This document shows, one piece after another, positions 54,814 to 63,135 of a stretch of DNA of 64,000 nt. Source of the DNA: Candidatus Angelobacter sp. (GTDB lineage Bacteria > Acidobacteriota > Terriglobia > Terriglobales > Acidobacteriaceae); contig DASXGZ010000006.1 in assembly GCA_036488825.1 (NCBI GenBank), forward strand, positions 1,463 through 65,462. The letters run 5' to 3'. Under the pieces are notes generated by a model. That model was not told where the DNA came from. It made no database searches and saw only the letters and a list, made by a program, of their open reading frames with translations. The position numbers and the translations under genes were made by a program. Position 1 is the first letter of the stretch, and each line of letters opens with the position of its first letter.

Positions 54814-55245
54814 CTATCTTCCGCTAGACCCGAACCCGCCCGCCTTGCGGTTGGATCCTTTGAGTTCTTCCACAATCTCAACCTCGCCGGTCAGGACGGG
54901 ATAAGGAATCAGGTTGGCGATTTTGTCCCCAGCGCGAATCGTCGCGGGAAGGTCGCTCAGATTTTCCATCAGCACTTTGATCTCGCCGCGATAGCCAGCA
55001 TCGATTACGCCTCCGGTCAGCACCAGCCGCCGCGCCGCCATGGACGATTTATCGCGCAACAGCGCACCCATTGCTTCACCTGACGGAGAAGTACATTCAA
55101 TCGCAATGCCGGTCGAAACAATTGCATGGCCCCGACCTTCCAGGGTCACTGTCTCCGCGGAATAAATGTCGTAGCCAAGATCTTCTCCCGGATGGGCTAC
55201 TGTGGGGGCTTTGGCTGCTGCAGTAAGCAGCTTGACCTGCAACAT
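54814..55245 (-). CDS. dut: dUTP diphosphatase
   Basis: GYDIYSAE, GVIDAGYRGEIKV and C-terminal RKAGGFGSSGR. Confidence 0.9.
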   Translation of the reverse strand: MLQVKLLTAAAKAPTVAHPGEDLGYDIYSAETVTLEGRGHAIVSTGIAIECTSPSGEAMGALLRDKSSMAARRLVLTGGVIDAGYRGEIKVLMENLSDLPATIRAGDKIANLIPYPVLTGEVEIVEELKGSNRKAGGFGSSGR

Positions 55246-55875
55246 CTACTTGGGCTCCTCTCGACTTTGTACCCGAATCAGCCTTCTATCCCGCATTTCC
55301 ACCTCACCAGACAAGACCAATCCAATCGCTTCAGAGTACGCAACGTGCTCCTGTTGCAGGATTCGCGCCGACAGCGAATGCACATCATCGCCATCAAGAA
55401 CCGGCACCGTCTTCTGCAAAATGATCGGGCCATGATCAAGGTGTTCATCGACAAAATGCACCGTGCAGCCGGTGACCTTAACGCCATACTCAAGGGCTTG
55501 TTTCTGTGCATCCATGCCGGGAAAGGCCGGCAGCAATGATGGATGAATATTGATAATTTTATTGGGAAATGCCCTTATAAATTCTGGGGAAAGCAACCGC
55601 ATGTAACCAGCCAGACAAACCAGATCAACCCGGGCCTGTTTGAGCGCTGCTATAACCTCGGCATCGTGCTCTTCGCGTATGCGCCCCTTGGAAGGGATTA
55701 ACTGTGTTGGCAAGCCGCGACGATTAGCGGACTCGAGCCCTGCCGCGTCTGCGCGGTTTGAGATTACAATCGCGATTTCTGCTTGAAGACATCTTGCCTT
55801 GATTGAGTCAGCAATGGCCTCAAAGTTTGAGCCTCGGCCGGAAAGCAGAATCCCAAGTTTTTTAAGGGATGCCAT
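55246..55875 (-). CDS. purN: Phosphoribosylglycinamide formyltransferase
   Basis: LGILLSGRGSNFEAI, INIHPSLLPAFPG, GCTVHFVDEHLDHGPII. Confidence 0.92.
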   Translation of the reverse strand: MASLKKLGILLSGRGSNFEAIADSIKARCLQAEIAIVISNRADAAGLESANRRGLPTQLIPSKGRIREEHDAEVIAALKQARVDLVCLAGYMRLLSPEFIRAFPNKIINIHPSLLPAFPGMDAQKQALEYGVKVTGCTVHFVDEHLDHGPIILQKTVPVLDGDDVHSLSARILQQEHVAYSEAIGLVLSGEVEMRDRRLIRVQSREEPK

Positions 55876-55877
55876 GC

Positions 55878-56948
55878 CTACGCGTACTGCACCTTGCGGT
55901 CGCCTTTGACAATACGGCCGATTAAATAAGCTTTCTCTCCCGCTTTCTCCACCATGCTCTGCACGCGTTTGAACTTTTTCGCAGGCACAACCAGCACCAT
56001 CCCGATACCCATATTGAAGGTACGCATCATGTCATCCTGCGGAACGTTTCCAATGTGCTGCATGTGAGTAAACACAGGCAACACGGGCCATGTGCCCATT
56101 TCCACAACGGCACTGGCGCCTTTTGGCAGCACGCGAGGCAGGTTGTCTGTGATTCCGCCGCCCGTTATATGAGCCAGAGCATGGACCAAGTCGCCCGCAA
56201 TCAATTTCTTCAATACAGGCCAATAGCTTTTATGGGTACACATCAGGGCCGCGCCTGCTTTGGCCTTCATCTCATTCACGTAAGTGTCAGGCGTGTATTT
56301 GGCGACATCAAAAAACAATTTGCGGGCCAGTGAATACCCGTTCGTATGCAGCCCGTTGGAGGGCAAGCCAATCAGCACATCACCAACGCCAACTTTGTCG
56401 CCGGTAATAATCTTGCTTTTTTCCACCACGCCAACAATGAATCCCGCCAGATCATACTCGCCCTTGGGATAGAAACCGGGCATCTCCGCTGTTTCACCGC
56501 CGATGAGCGCGCAACCATTGTGACGGCAGGCTTCAGCCATGCCTTCAATAATTTTCTCGGCAATGTCTGGATCGAGCGAGCCGGTGGCAAGATAATCCAT
56601 GAAGAACAATGGTGTCGCGCCTTGCACCGCAATGTCATTCACGCAATGATTCACCAAATCACCGCCCACCGTGTGATGCAGGTTCATCATGAACGCCACT
56701 TTGAGTTTGGTGCCAACGCCATCTACGCTTGAAACCAGCACGGGATCGCGAAACTTCTTTTTGTCGATGGCAAACATGCCGCCAAAGCCGCCGATTTCGC
56801 TCACCACTCCCGGCGTAAAAGTCCTATGAGCAAGATATTTAATGCGCTGTTTGGCGCGATCCGCGCGGTCAATGTCAACGCCGCTATCGGCATACGTGAT
56901 TGAGGCTTTTTTCAATGCAGGTCCGTTTGTATTTATCCGTGCAGGCAC
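55878..56948 (-). CDS. purM: Phosphoribosylformylglycinamidine cyclo-ligase
   Basis: ITYADSGVDIDRAD, VSSVDGVGTKL, DLVNHCVNDIAVQGA, GGETAEMPG. Confidence 0.92.
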   Translation of the reverse strand: MPARINTNGPALKKASITYADSGVDIDRADRAKQRIKYLAHRTFTPGVVSEIGGFGGMFAIDKKKFRDPVLVSSVDGVGTKLKVAFMMNLHHTVGGDLVNHCVNDIAVQGATPLFFMDYLATGSLDPDIAEKIIEGMAEACRHNGCALIGGETAEMPGFYPKGEYDLAGFIVGVVEKSKIITGDKVGVGDVLIGLPSNGLHTNGYSLARKLFFDVAKYTPDTYVNEMKAKAGAALMCTHKSYWPVLKKLIAGDLVHALAHITGGGITDNLPRVLPKGASAVVEMGTWPVLPVFTHMQHIGNVPQDDMMRTFNMGIGMVLVVPAKKFKRVQSMVEKAGEKAYLIGRIVKGDRKVQYA

Positions 56949-56982
56949 AAAAGGGCGATGGAGAGATTTATTGTAGCACCGC

Positions 56983-57120
56983 TTTTTCTGAAATCCCGAA
57001 TCCCGCGCAGCGGGTGAGGGAACGCTATACCCTAAATCCTTGGTTCTGTAATGAAGACTTTTTTGCTTTCAAATGCTCCCAGGGAAAAGGGTTCCCTCAG
57101 CTTCGCTTCGGGATTTCAGG
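56983..57120. repeat. Imperfect inverted-repeat element, copy C (same family); right arm overlaps the nusB 3' end
   Basis: Left arm TTTTTCTGAAATCCCGAATCCCGCGCAGCGGGTGAGGGAACGCTATAC and right arm AAAAGGGTTCCCTCAGCTTCGCTTCGGGATTTCAGG. The nusB stop (57097-57099) lies inside the right arm. Confidence 0.75.
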
Positions 57121-57528
57121 AGATGAAAGCTCTTTCCCCACCGAATCCAGCACGCCATTGATGAAGTGGACTGATTCCGGCGCGGAAAATTTACGCGCAA
57201 TTTCCAGCGCTTCATTGATCACCACGGGCCGCGGGGTGTGATGCGGCCCCAGCAATTCAGCCACACCGGTGCGGAGAACGTTCCGATCCACAGCCGCCAT
57301 TCGCTCCATACGCCAGTGCTGGGCATGCTTTTGAATCAGGTCATCAATTTCCTGTTGCCGGTCGACAGCAACTTGAAAAATATCATCAGCGAAGTTACGC
57401 GTCTCCTGGTCCACCTCTCCGCGCTCGCCCCAGAAAGTCTTCCGCACAAGGTCTGGAGTTTGCTTCGCCATGTCCCATTGAAAGAGCATCTGCAAACATA
57501 ACTCGCGGGATTTGCGACGGGTTCCCAT
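57097..57528 (-). CDS. nusB: Transcription antitermination factor NusB
   Basis: RRKSRELCLQMLFQWD... and PRPVVINEALEIARKF. Confidence 0.9.
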   Translation of the reverse strand: MGTRRKSRELCLQMLFQWDMAKQTPDLVRKTFWGERGEVDQETRNFADDIFQVAVDRQQEIDDLIQKHAQHWRMERMAAVDRNVLRTGVAELLGPHHTPRPVVINEALEIARKFSAPESVHFINGVLDSVGKELSSPEIPKRS

Positions 57529-57530
57529 GA

Positions 57531-58403
57531 TTAACGTGCCCTGCTTTTCTTTTTCGGCTTACCGGGATTGCTCTTTGCGTAGCCGCGTGTCTTTCTCTGC
57601 AAACTTACCATCTCAACCGCGGAAATCGCCGCTTCAAAACCTTTGTTACCTGCCTTTAATCCAGCGCGATCCAATGCCTGCTCCAGATTTTCGCAGGTCA
57701 AGACACCGTAAGTATGGGGAACACCAGTCTCCTGCGCGGATTGCCCAATTCCTCGCGTAACCTCAGTGGAAATGTGCTCGTAGTGCGTGGTTTCCCCGCG
57801 AATAAGACATCCCAGCGTCACAATGGCATCATATCTCCCGCTCTGGGACAGAGTGCGCGCCTGCGAAGGAATTTCAAACGCTCCAGGCACCCTCACGATA
57901 AATATGTCTTCCTCACGGCACCCGCTGCGGCGCAACGCATCCCGTGCCCCTTGCAACAGGCGTTCTGTGATAAATGAGTTCCAGCGGCTCACTACAATGC
58001 CAAAACGCATGCCACGGGCATTCAGATCACCTTCCACCGCGTCCTGCGCAGGCCGGTTCTTCTGCCAGAAAAGGACTTTCAATCCTTTGACCGGCGCCGC
58101 CACCAGAAATTGAGAATCCCACGAGGTTTGCTGGATTTCGGCTGCAAGTTTCACATTTTCCTTCGTCAGCACTTCGCGTACAGAACCCAGGTCAGTCACT
58201 TCAATCCATATATCTGAATGAATTGTCTCCAGGCCTTCAACAAATTCAATTTGCCCAACCGGCGCTTTAAATGGCACACCCTGCCCACGCGCAGTCTTCC
58301 AGGGTGTGCCTCGCTCGAAGCCAATTGCATCAAACAATTTGCTGAGTGCTTTGAGCTCTTTTGTGCCGCCGGTGTGCCGGATTGTGGTGACGCCTTTAAT
58401 CAT
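57531..58403 (-). CDS. ribH: 6,7-dimethyl-8-ribityllumazine synthase (RibH) in one reading frame with an N-terminal ~130-aa VOC/glyoxalase-like domain
   Basis: The C-terminal half GMRFGIVVSRWNSFITERLL...VRVPGAFEIP...DAIVTLGCLIRGETTHYE...GVLTCENLEQALDRAG is RibH. No stop separates it from the upstream 130 codons. An internal GTG (VEGDLNARG) could also initiate a stand-alone RibH. Confidence 0.8.
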   Translation of the reverse strand: MIKGVTTIRHTGGTKELKALSKLFDAIGFERGTPWKTARGQGVPFKAPVGQIEFVEGLETIHSDIWIEVTDLGSVREVLTKENVKLAAEIQQTSWDSQFLVAAPVKGLKVLFWQKNRPAQDAVEGDLNARGMRFGIVVSRWNSFITERLLQGARDALRRSGCREEDIFIVRVPGAFEIPSQARTLSQSGRYDAIVTLGCLIRGETTHYEHISTEVTRGIGQSAQETGVPHTYGVLTCENLEQALDRAGLKAGNKGFEAAISAVEMVSLQRKTRGYAKSNPGKPKKKSRAR

Positions 58404-58423
58404 TCAAGATCATTCTATCGGTA

Positions 58424-58693
58424 TCATTCTATCGGCCCCGGGCCGGATGGGTCTTCCAAAGGCTTGTATTCTTTCAGCAGTTCTTTTGCCAGGTCCAGGT
58501 CCTGCGCGGATACCTGCAAACGCACGCCGCCAATCACATCGCTTGCCAGCGGATGCACGCGGTGCATGTGCTCATCACACAGGAAGCACTCTACCCCGCA
58601 TGACTCCAGTAATCCTACGGCAATATCCGCCTCGTGCAGATCATAAAAAACAGCAGCTATGGCGAGTTTGTTTGGATCCAGTTCCGGATGCAT
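58424..58693 (-). CDS. DUF2007-like small protein
   Basis: 89 aa. The pattern ...AAVFYDLHEADIAVGLLESCGVECFLCDEH...LQVSAQDLDLAKELL matches DUF2007 (putative signal-transducing fold). Its ATG directly abuts the upstream stop (TGAATG). Confidence 0.65.
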   Translation of the reverse strand: MHPELDPNKLAIAAVFYDLHEADIAVGLLESCGVECFLCDEHMHRVHPLASDVIGGVRLQVSAQDLDLAKELLKEYKPLEDPSGPGPIE

Positions 58694-59470
58694 TCATTTA
58701 CCCTGGAAATTCGCTGGGCGTTTCTCTAGGAAAGCCGTGGTGCCTTCCTTCTTGTCATCCGTGGCGCAGCAGATGCCGAACAGGGTGGCCTCAAGAAAGA
58801 GCCCTTCCTGCAAAGTCATGTTCATGCCCTGGTTCACCGCTTCCATGCAGTATTGGATTGCCAGCGGAGCCATGCCAATAATCTTCTGCGCAATCTCTTC
58901 GGCGCGTGGAAGCAGGCGGTCCAACGCGACGACCTCATTCACCAGTCCTATTCTGTGCGCCTCCTGCGCTGTAATCATTTCGCCAGTGAGCAAAATCTGC
59001 ATTGCCAATCCAGTGCCCACCAGACGCGGCAAACGTTGCGTGCCGCCATATCCGGGAATAATGCCCAGCTTAACTTCCGGTTGGCCGATCTTGGCATTTT
59101 CACTAGCCAAGCGCATGGTGCAAGCCATGGCGATCTCACATCCGCCGCCCAGCGCAAATCCATTGATGCAGCCAATCACCGGCTTGCCCAGATTCTCAAT
59201 CAGGTCAAGCGTGGCCTGGCCCTTGTGCGTGTAAGCCTTAGCTTCGACTGGATTATTTTTCGCCAGCTCATTGATGTCGGCGCCGGCAACAAACGCCTTC
59301 TCTCCACCGCCCGTAAGAATGACCACGCGGATCTGCCTGTCATCTTTAAGCTCGCTGAAGACCTGCCACAGCTCCTGCATAGTGGCCATATTCAGCGCAT
59401 TGAGCACCTTGGGACGGTCAATGGTGACGTAAGCGATTTGGTTTTTCTTTTCGAGTTTGAGGTTGTCCAT
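58694..59470 (-). CDS. Enoyl-CoA hydratase (crotonase family)
   Basis: IAYVTIDRPKVLNAL, VVILTGGGEKAFVAGADI, GFALGGGCEIAMAC. Confidence 0.9.
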   Translation of the reverse strand: MDNLKLEKKNQIAYVTIDRPKVLNALNMATMQELWQVFSELKDDRQIRVVILTGGGEKAFVAGADINELAKNNPVEAKAYTHKGQATLDLIENLGKPVIGCINGFALGGGCEIAMACTMRLASENAKIGQPEVKLGIIPGYGGTQRLPRLVGTGLAMQILLTGEMITAQEAHRIGLVNEVVALDRLLPRAEEIAQKIIGMAPLAIQYCMEAVNQGMNMTLQEGLFLEATLFGICCATDDKKEGTTAFLEKRPANFQGK

Positions 59471-59484
59471 TGCAAGAGCCTACT

Positions 59485-59561
59485 GGCCGCGAATACACGC
59501 GAATGAACACGAATCCAGATTAAATCAATTCCTGATTCGCGTTTTTGATGTGATTCGCGGC
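59485..59561. repeat. CGCGAAT-rich imperfect inverted repeat (hairpin element)
   Basis: Left arm GGCCGCGAATACACGCGAATGAACACGAATC (59485-59515) and right arm GATTCGCGTTTTTGATGTGATTCGCGGC (59534-59561). A similar half-site, GGCCGCGAATTAACGCGAAGGAACACAAAT, lies inside copy A at 27355-27385. Confidence 0.7.
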
Positions 59562-59566
59562 TATAT

Positions 59567-60460
59567 TTACTGGAACTTTACCGCTACAGGATTATTGGGA
59601 TCAGCGTAATCGTAAAATCCCTTGCCGCTCTTTCTTCCGTACCAGCCGGCCATCACTAATCGCTTCAACAAAGGCGGAGAGGCAAAGCGGCGTTCGCGGA
59701 ACTCGTCAAACATAACCTGTGAAATGTAATACGTGGTATCGAGACCCACAAAATCCAGCAGCGTAAATGGCCCCATGGGGTAACCACAGCCCAGTTTCAT
59801 GGAATTGTCGATGTCTGGAATGGAACCCACGCCCTCTTCATAAGCGCGAATCGCGTCGAGCAAATACGGCACCAGCAGCCGGTTCACAATAAAACCCGTC
59901 TTGTCGCTCGTACGGACGGGGACCTTGCCCAGGCTCTTGCCGAACTCATAGGCTGTTTCAAAAGCCGGGTCACTGGTAGCAATCGTCCGCACTACTTCCA
60001 CCAGCTTCATCAGCGGCACTGGATTGAAAAAGTGCAGACCTACAAATTTGTCAGCGCGCTTGGTTGCGGCGGCCACTTCGGTGATCGAGATGGAAGAGGT
60101 GTTGCTGGCGAAGATCGCGTCTTTCTTCACGATTGCGTCAAGCGCGGAGAATGTCTTCTTCTTCACTTCCACGTTCTCAATGATGGCTTCAATGATGATG
60201 TCGCAATCAGCCAGCGCATCCTGTGAGATCACGCCCTTAAGCCGCGCTCGTGCCTCTTTCGCCTTCTCCGGAGTGATGCCGCTCTTCTCCGGCTTTTCCG
60301 CAAACTTTGCAAGCGACTTCTCGATCCCGGCAAAGCCCTTATCGAGAAACTTCTGTTCCTGCTCCAGAACAGTCACGTCATAACCAGCCACGGCGCTGAC
60401 CTGGGCAATGCCTGATCCCATCAGGCCGCAGCCGAGGACACCAACTTTTTTAATCGTCAT
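59567..60460 (-). CDS. hbd: 3-hydroxybutyryl-CoA (3-hydroxyacyl-CoA) dehydrogenase
   Basis: VGVLGCGLMGSGIAQV (Rossmann motif), SNTSS, HFFNPVPLMKLVEV. Confidence 0.9.
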   Translation of the reverse strand: MTIKKVGVLGCGLMGSGIAQVSAVAGYDVTVLEQEQKFLDKGFAGIEKSLAKFAEKPEKSGITPEKAKEARARLKGVISQDALADCDIIIEAIIENVEVKKKTFSALDAIVKKDAIFASNTSSISITEVAAATKRADKFVGLHFFNPVPLMKLVEVVRTIATSDPAFETAYEFGKSLGKVPVRTSDKTGFIVNRLLVPYLLDAIRAYEEGVGSIPDIDNSMKLGCGYPMGPFTLLDFVGLDTTYYISQVMFDEFRERRFASPPLLKRLVMAGWYGRKSGKGFYDYADPNNPVAVKFQ

Positions 60461-60658
60461 TCAAGACTCCCTCTTAAAAAAATGCTTCGCCAACACCAGC
60501 GCCACAAAGGCGAGCAGCGAGTAAGCCAATGTGTTCGCAAGAATGTAGACAATAAACGGCCAAATGCCTTTCCCGCCCTCGAATCCCCAAAGATATAATT
60601 GCCAGCCATCCGGGTAAGGCCAATACAAAAGGCGAGGAGCGGGAAGTAAACGACTCAA
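60461..60658 (-). CDS. Possible small membrane protein (65 aa); frame uncertain
   Basis: The stop abuts the hbd ATG (TGAATG). It has a hydrophobic helix, IWPFIVYILANTLAYSLLAFVALVLA. A competing ORF in another frame starts on the thiolase stop. Confidence 0.35.
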   Translation of the reverse strand: MSRLLPAPRLLYWPYPDGWQLYLWGFEGGKGIWPFIVYILANTLAYSLLAFVALVLAKHFFKRES

Positions 60659-60739
60659 AACACCACAGCGCTAGGGAAACCAGAAACCCACACGCCAAAG
60701 CCCACAGAAGCGGCGTTTTCCCACTCACGTGAGCCGACA

Positions 60740-61942
60740 TTACCTCTGCAAATTCTCCACGATCATCGCAATGCCTTGCCCTCCGCCGATGCATGCTGTC
60801 GCCAGCCCATATTGTGCTTTGCGCCGACGAAGCTCGTGCAGCAACGTAATCACCAGCCGTGTACCGGTAGCGCCCAACGGATGTCCCAGCGCAATCGCTC
60901 CGCCGTTGACATTCACTTTGTTACGGTCCAAACTCAATTCTTTTTCGACGGCCAGATACTGTCCTGCAAAAGCTTCGTTTACTTCGATCAGATCAATCTC
61001 GTCCAGCTTCAGCCCGGCTTTTTTGAGCGCTGCGCGGGTGGACGGCACAGGCCCGCTGCCCATAACGCTAGGATCAACGCCCGCTATACCCCAGCTCACA
61101 ATGCGCCCCATCGGTTTCAGCCCGCGCTTTTCTGCCTGATCAAGCTTCATCATCACCACGGCTGCGCCGCCATCGACAATGCCGCTGGCGTTTCCGGCTG
61201 TCACGGTTCCATTCTTGCCGAATGCCGGCTTCAGCTTGGCCAGTCCTTCCATGGTTGTCTCCGGACGCAGGTGATCGTCTTTCTCAAACATCTCACCTGT
61301 GGGTTCGCCTTTACGATTTTTCAATGCAACCGGCACGATCTCTTCCGCCAGCCGGCACGCCTTCTGTGCCGCTCCTGCCTTCTGCTGTGACTGCAATGAA
61401 AATTCGTCCATGTGCTGGCGCGTAATGCCCTGCTGCTCGGCATAGAGCTCGGCTGTGTTCGCCATATAAAGACCGCAGTAGGTGTCCAGCAGCGCCACCA
61501 TGAGCGAGTCTTCCAGCTTGCCTTCGCCCAACCCCAGTCCCCAGCGCGCTCCATGCACAACATGCGGCGCCTGAGACATGGATTCCATTCCGCCGGCCAG
61601 CACCGTGCTGGCTTCGCCGAGCTGGAGCATCTGCGCGGCATTCACCAGCGACTGCATGCCTGAGCCGCAAAGCCGGTTCACCGTCAATGCTGGAGTCTCA
61701 ATGGGCAGGCCCGCTTTAAGCCCAACGTGCCGTGCGCCATAAAGCGAATCGCCGGAAGTCTGCTGGGCATTACCGAAAACGGCATGGTCAAATTCCTTCG
61801 GGTCTACGCCGGAACGCCGAATGGCCTCCTGACTGGCAATAGCGCCCAGATCCATGGCGGTAAAGTCACGCAGTTTGCCGCAATAGCGGCCCATGGGCGT
61901 GCGCGCGCCGCTTACAATTGCAATATCTGTAGTTGATGCCAT
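60740..61942 (-). CDS. Acetyl-CoA C-acetyltransferase (thiolase II)
   Basis: VNRLCGSGMQS (active-site Cys), NASGIVDGGAA, GHPLGATG, C-terminal CIGGGQGIA. Confidence 0.92.
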   Translation of the reverse strand: MASTTDIAIVSGARTPMGRYCGKLRDFTAMDLGAIASQEAIRRSGVDPKEFDHAVFGNAQQTSGDSLYGARHVGLKAGLPIETPALTVNRLCGSGMQSLVNAAQMLQLGEASTVLAGGMESMSQAPHVVHGARWGLGLGEGKLEDSLMVALLDTYCGLYMANTAELYAEQQGITRQHMDEFSLQSQQKAGAAQKACRLAEEIVPVALKNRKGEPTGEMFEKDDHLRPETTMEGLAKLKPAFGKNGTVTAGNASGIVDGGAAVVMMKLDQAEKRGLKPMGRIVSWGIAGVDPSVMGSGPVPSTRAALKKAGLKLDEIDLIEVNEAFAGQYLAVEKELSLDRNKVNVNGGAIALGHPLGATGTRLVITLLHELRRRKAQYGLATACIGGGQGIAMIVENLQR

Positions 61943-62094
61943 AAAGAACCTACTGTATGAAGAGTTTGATCGAGCAGGGCAAACCCCTTAGTGTATCAAG
62001 CGCTCATATCGGTGAGCAATCCAACCAGACCTCCGCTAACACCGTGCCCAGGCAGACTTCAGCGGCATCTAATTTGAAGACACGGAGGCACCAC

Positions 62095-63015
62095 ATGAAG
62101 GTGGGCATTGTTGGAGCAGGAGCTGTAGGCGCTGCTTGTCTCACGTCGCTCATTACCCGAGGCATAGCGTGCAAGGTGGTTCTGGTTAACCGCAATCGCA
62201 AGCGGGCGAACGGCGTAATCACCGATGTTCAATATGGGGCCGCCCTGCAACCGCATGTGAAACTCCGGGCTGGAGAATATGCCGACCTTCAAGGTTCCGC
62301 ATTGGTTCTGGTTACAGCTGGTGTGAATGAGAAAGATGGCGGCGCGACCGACCGCAGCGATCCCAAAGGCCGGCTGAATTTGTTGCATAAGAATGCCAAA
62401 GCCTACCAAGAGATTATTCCCAAGATTACTCAGGCTGCTCCCGATGCCGTAATCCTGGTGGTGACGGACCCTCCTGATCCGCTGGCTGATCTTGCTTTGC
62501 GGCTGGGACATCGCAAGATCCTGAGCACCGGAACTTACCTTGACTCATTACGCTTTCGCTTTCACCTAGCGCGCCGTTTGCATGTCAATCCGCAAAGCGT
62601 GGAAGCAATTGTGGTGGGTGAACACGGCACGTCCCAGGTATTTTTGTGGTCCTCTGCGCGCATTGGCGGCCGCTCGATTGAGCTATTCGCGAAGGACAGC
62701 GGCGTAAGCTTCGATCAATTCAAGAAGGAAATTGAGCGAGAAGTGCGATACGCAAACATCACCATCATTGAAGGCACAGGGGCCAGCGTGTTCGGCATTG
62801 GCGTGGTGTCAGCAAGGATCGCGGAAATTGTGCTGCGCGACGAAAGGTCGGTAATTCCAATCGGTTCGTTCAATCCGGACTTTGGCGCCACGCTCTCACT
62901 TCCAAGCATACTGGGGCGGGATGGCGTGAGCCGGATTCTGATGCCGGAAATGTCCGAGGCGGAACGCGAACTGCTCGACAAAAGCGCGCAGACGATCCGA
63001 GAGGCGGCAGCGTAA
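62095..63015 (+). CDS. L-lactate/malate dehydrogenase-family 2-hydroxyacid dehydrogenase with atypical substrate loop
   Basis: MKVGIVGAGAVGAA (Rossmann motif), LDSLRFR, GEHGTSQV (catalytic His). GGAGG lies upstream of ATG 62095. The track start at 61957 was rejected. Confidence 0.8.
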   Translation: MKVGIVGAGAVGAACLTSLITRGIACKVVLVNRNRKRANGVITDVQYGAALQPHVKLRAGEYADLQGSALVLVTAGVNEKDGGATDRSDPKGRLNLLHKNAKAYQEIIPKITQAAPDAVILVVTDPPDPLADLALRLGHRKILSTGTYLDSLRFRFHLARRLHVNPQSVEAIVVGEHGTSQVFLWSSARIGGRSIELFAKDSGVSFDQFKKEIEREVRYANITIIEGTGASVFGIGVVSARIAEIVLRDERSVIPIGSFNPDFGATLSLPSILGRDGVSRILMPEMSEAERELLDKSAQTIREAAA

Positions 63016-63088
63016 CCAGCAAAAAAGCATGTCACTGCTAACACGCTGGAAATTCGCCGTTGTGATCGGGTTGTCCAGTCGTGGCGCG

Positions 63089-63111
63089 AAAAAGCCGCTC
63101 CGAAGAGCGGC
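63089..63111 (-). terminator. Rho-independent terminator downstream of sod
   Basis: Stem GCCGCTC (63094-63100) / GAGCGGC (63105-63111) with loop CGAA. On the minus strand it is followed by TTTTT (63089-63093). Confidence 0.65.
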
Positions 63112-63135
63112 CTCTTGTGATGATGTTGATGCGAG

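Noticed and set aside
60474-60794. 106-aa minus ORF overlapping the thiolase 3' end.
   Set aside because: Its first 18 codons lie inside the thiolase gene. Only the part from the ATG on the thiolase stop is considered, and that only as a possible frameshifted small gene (see findings).
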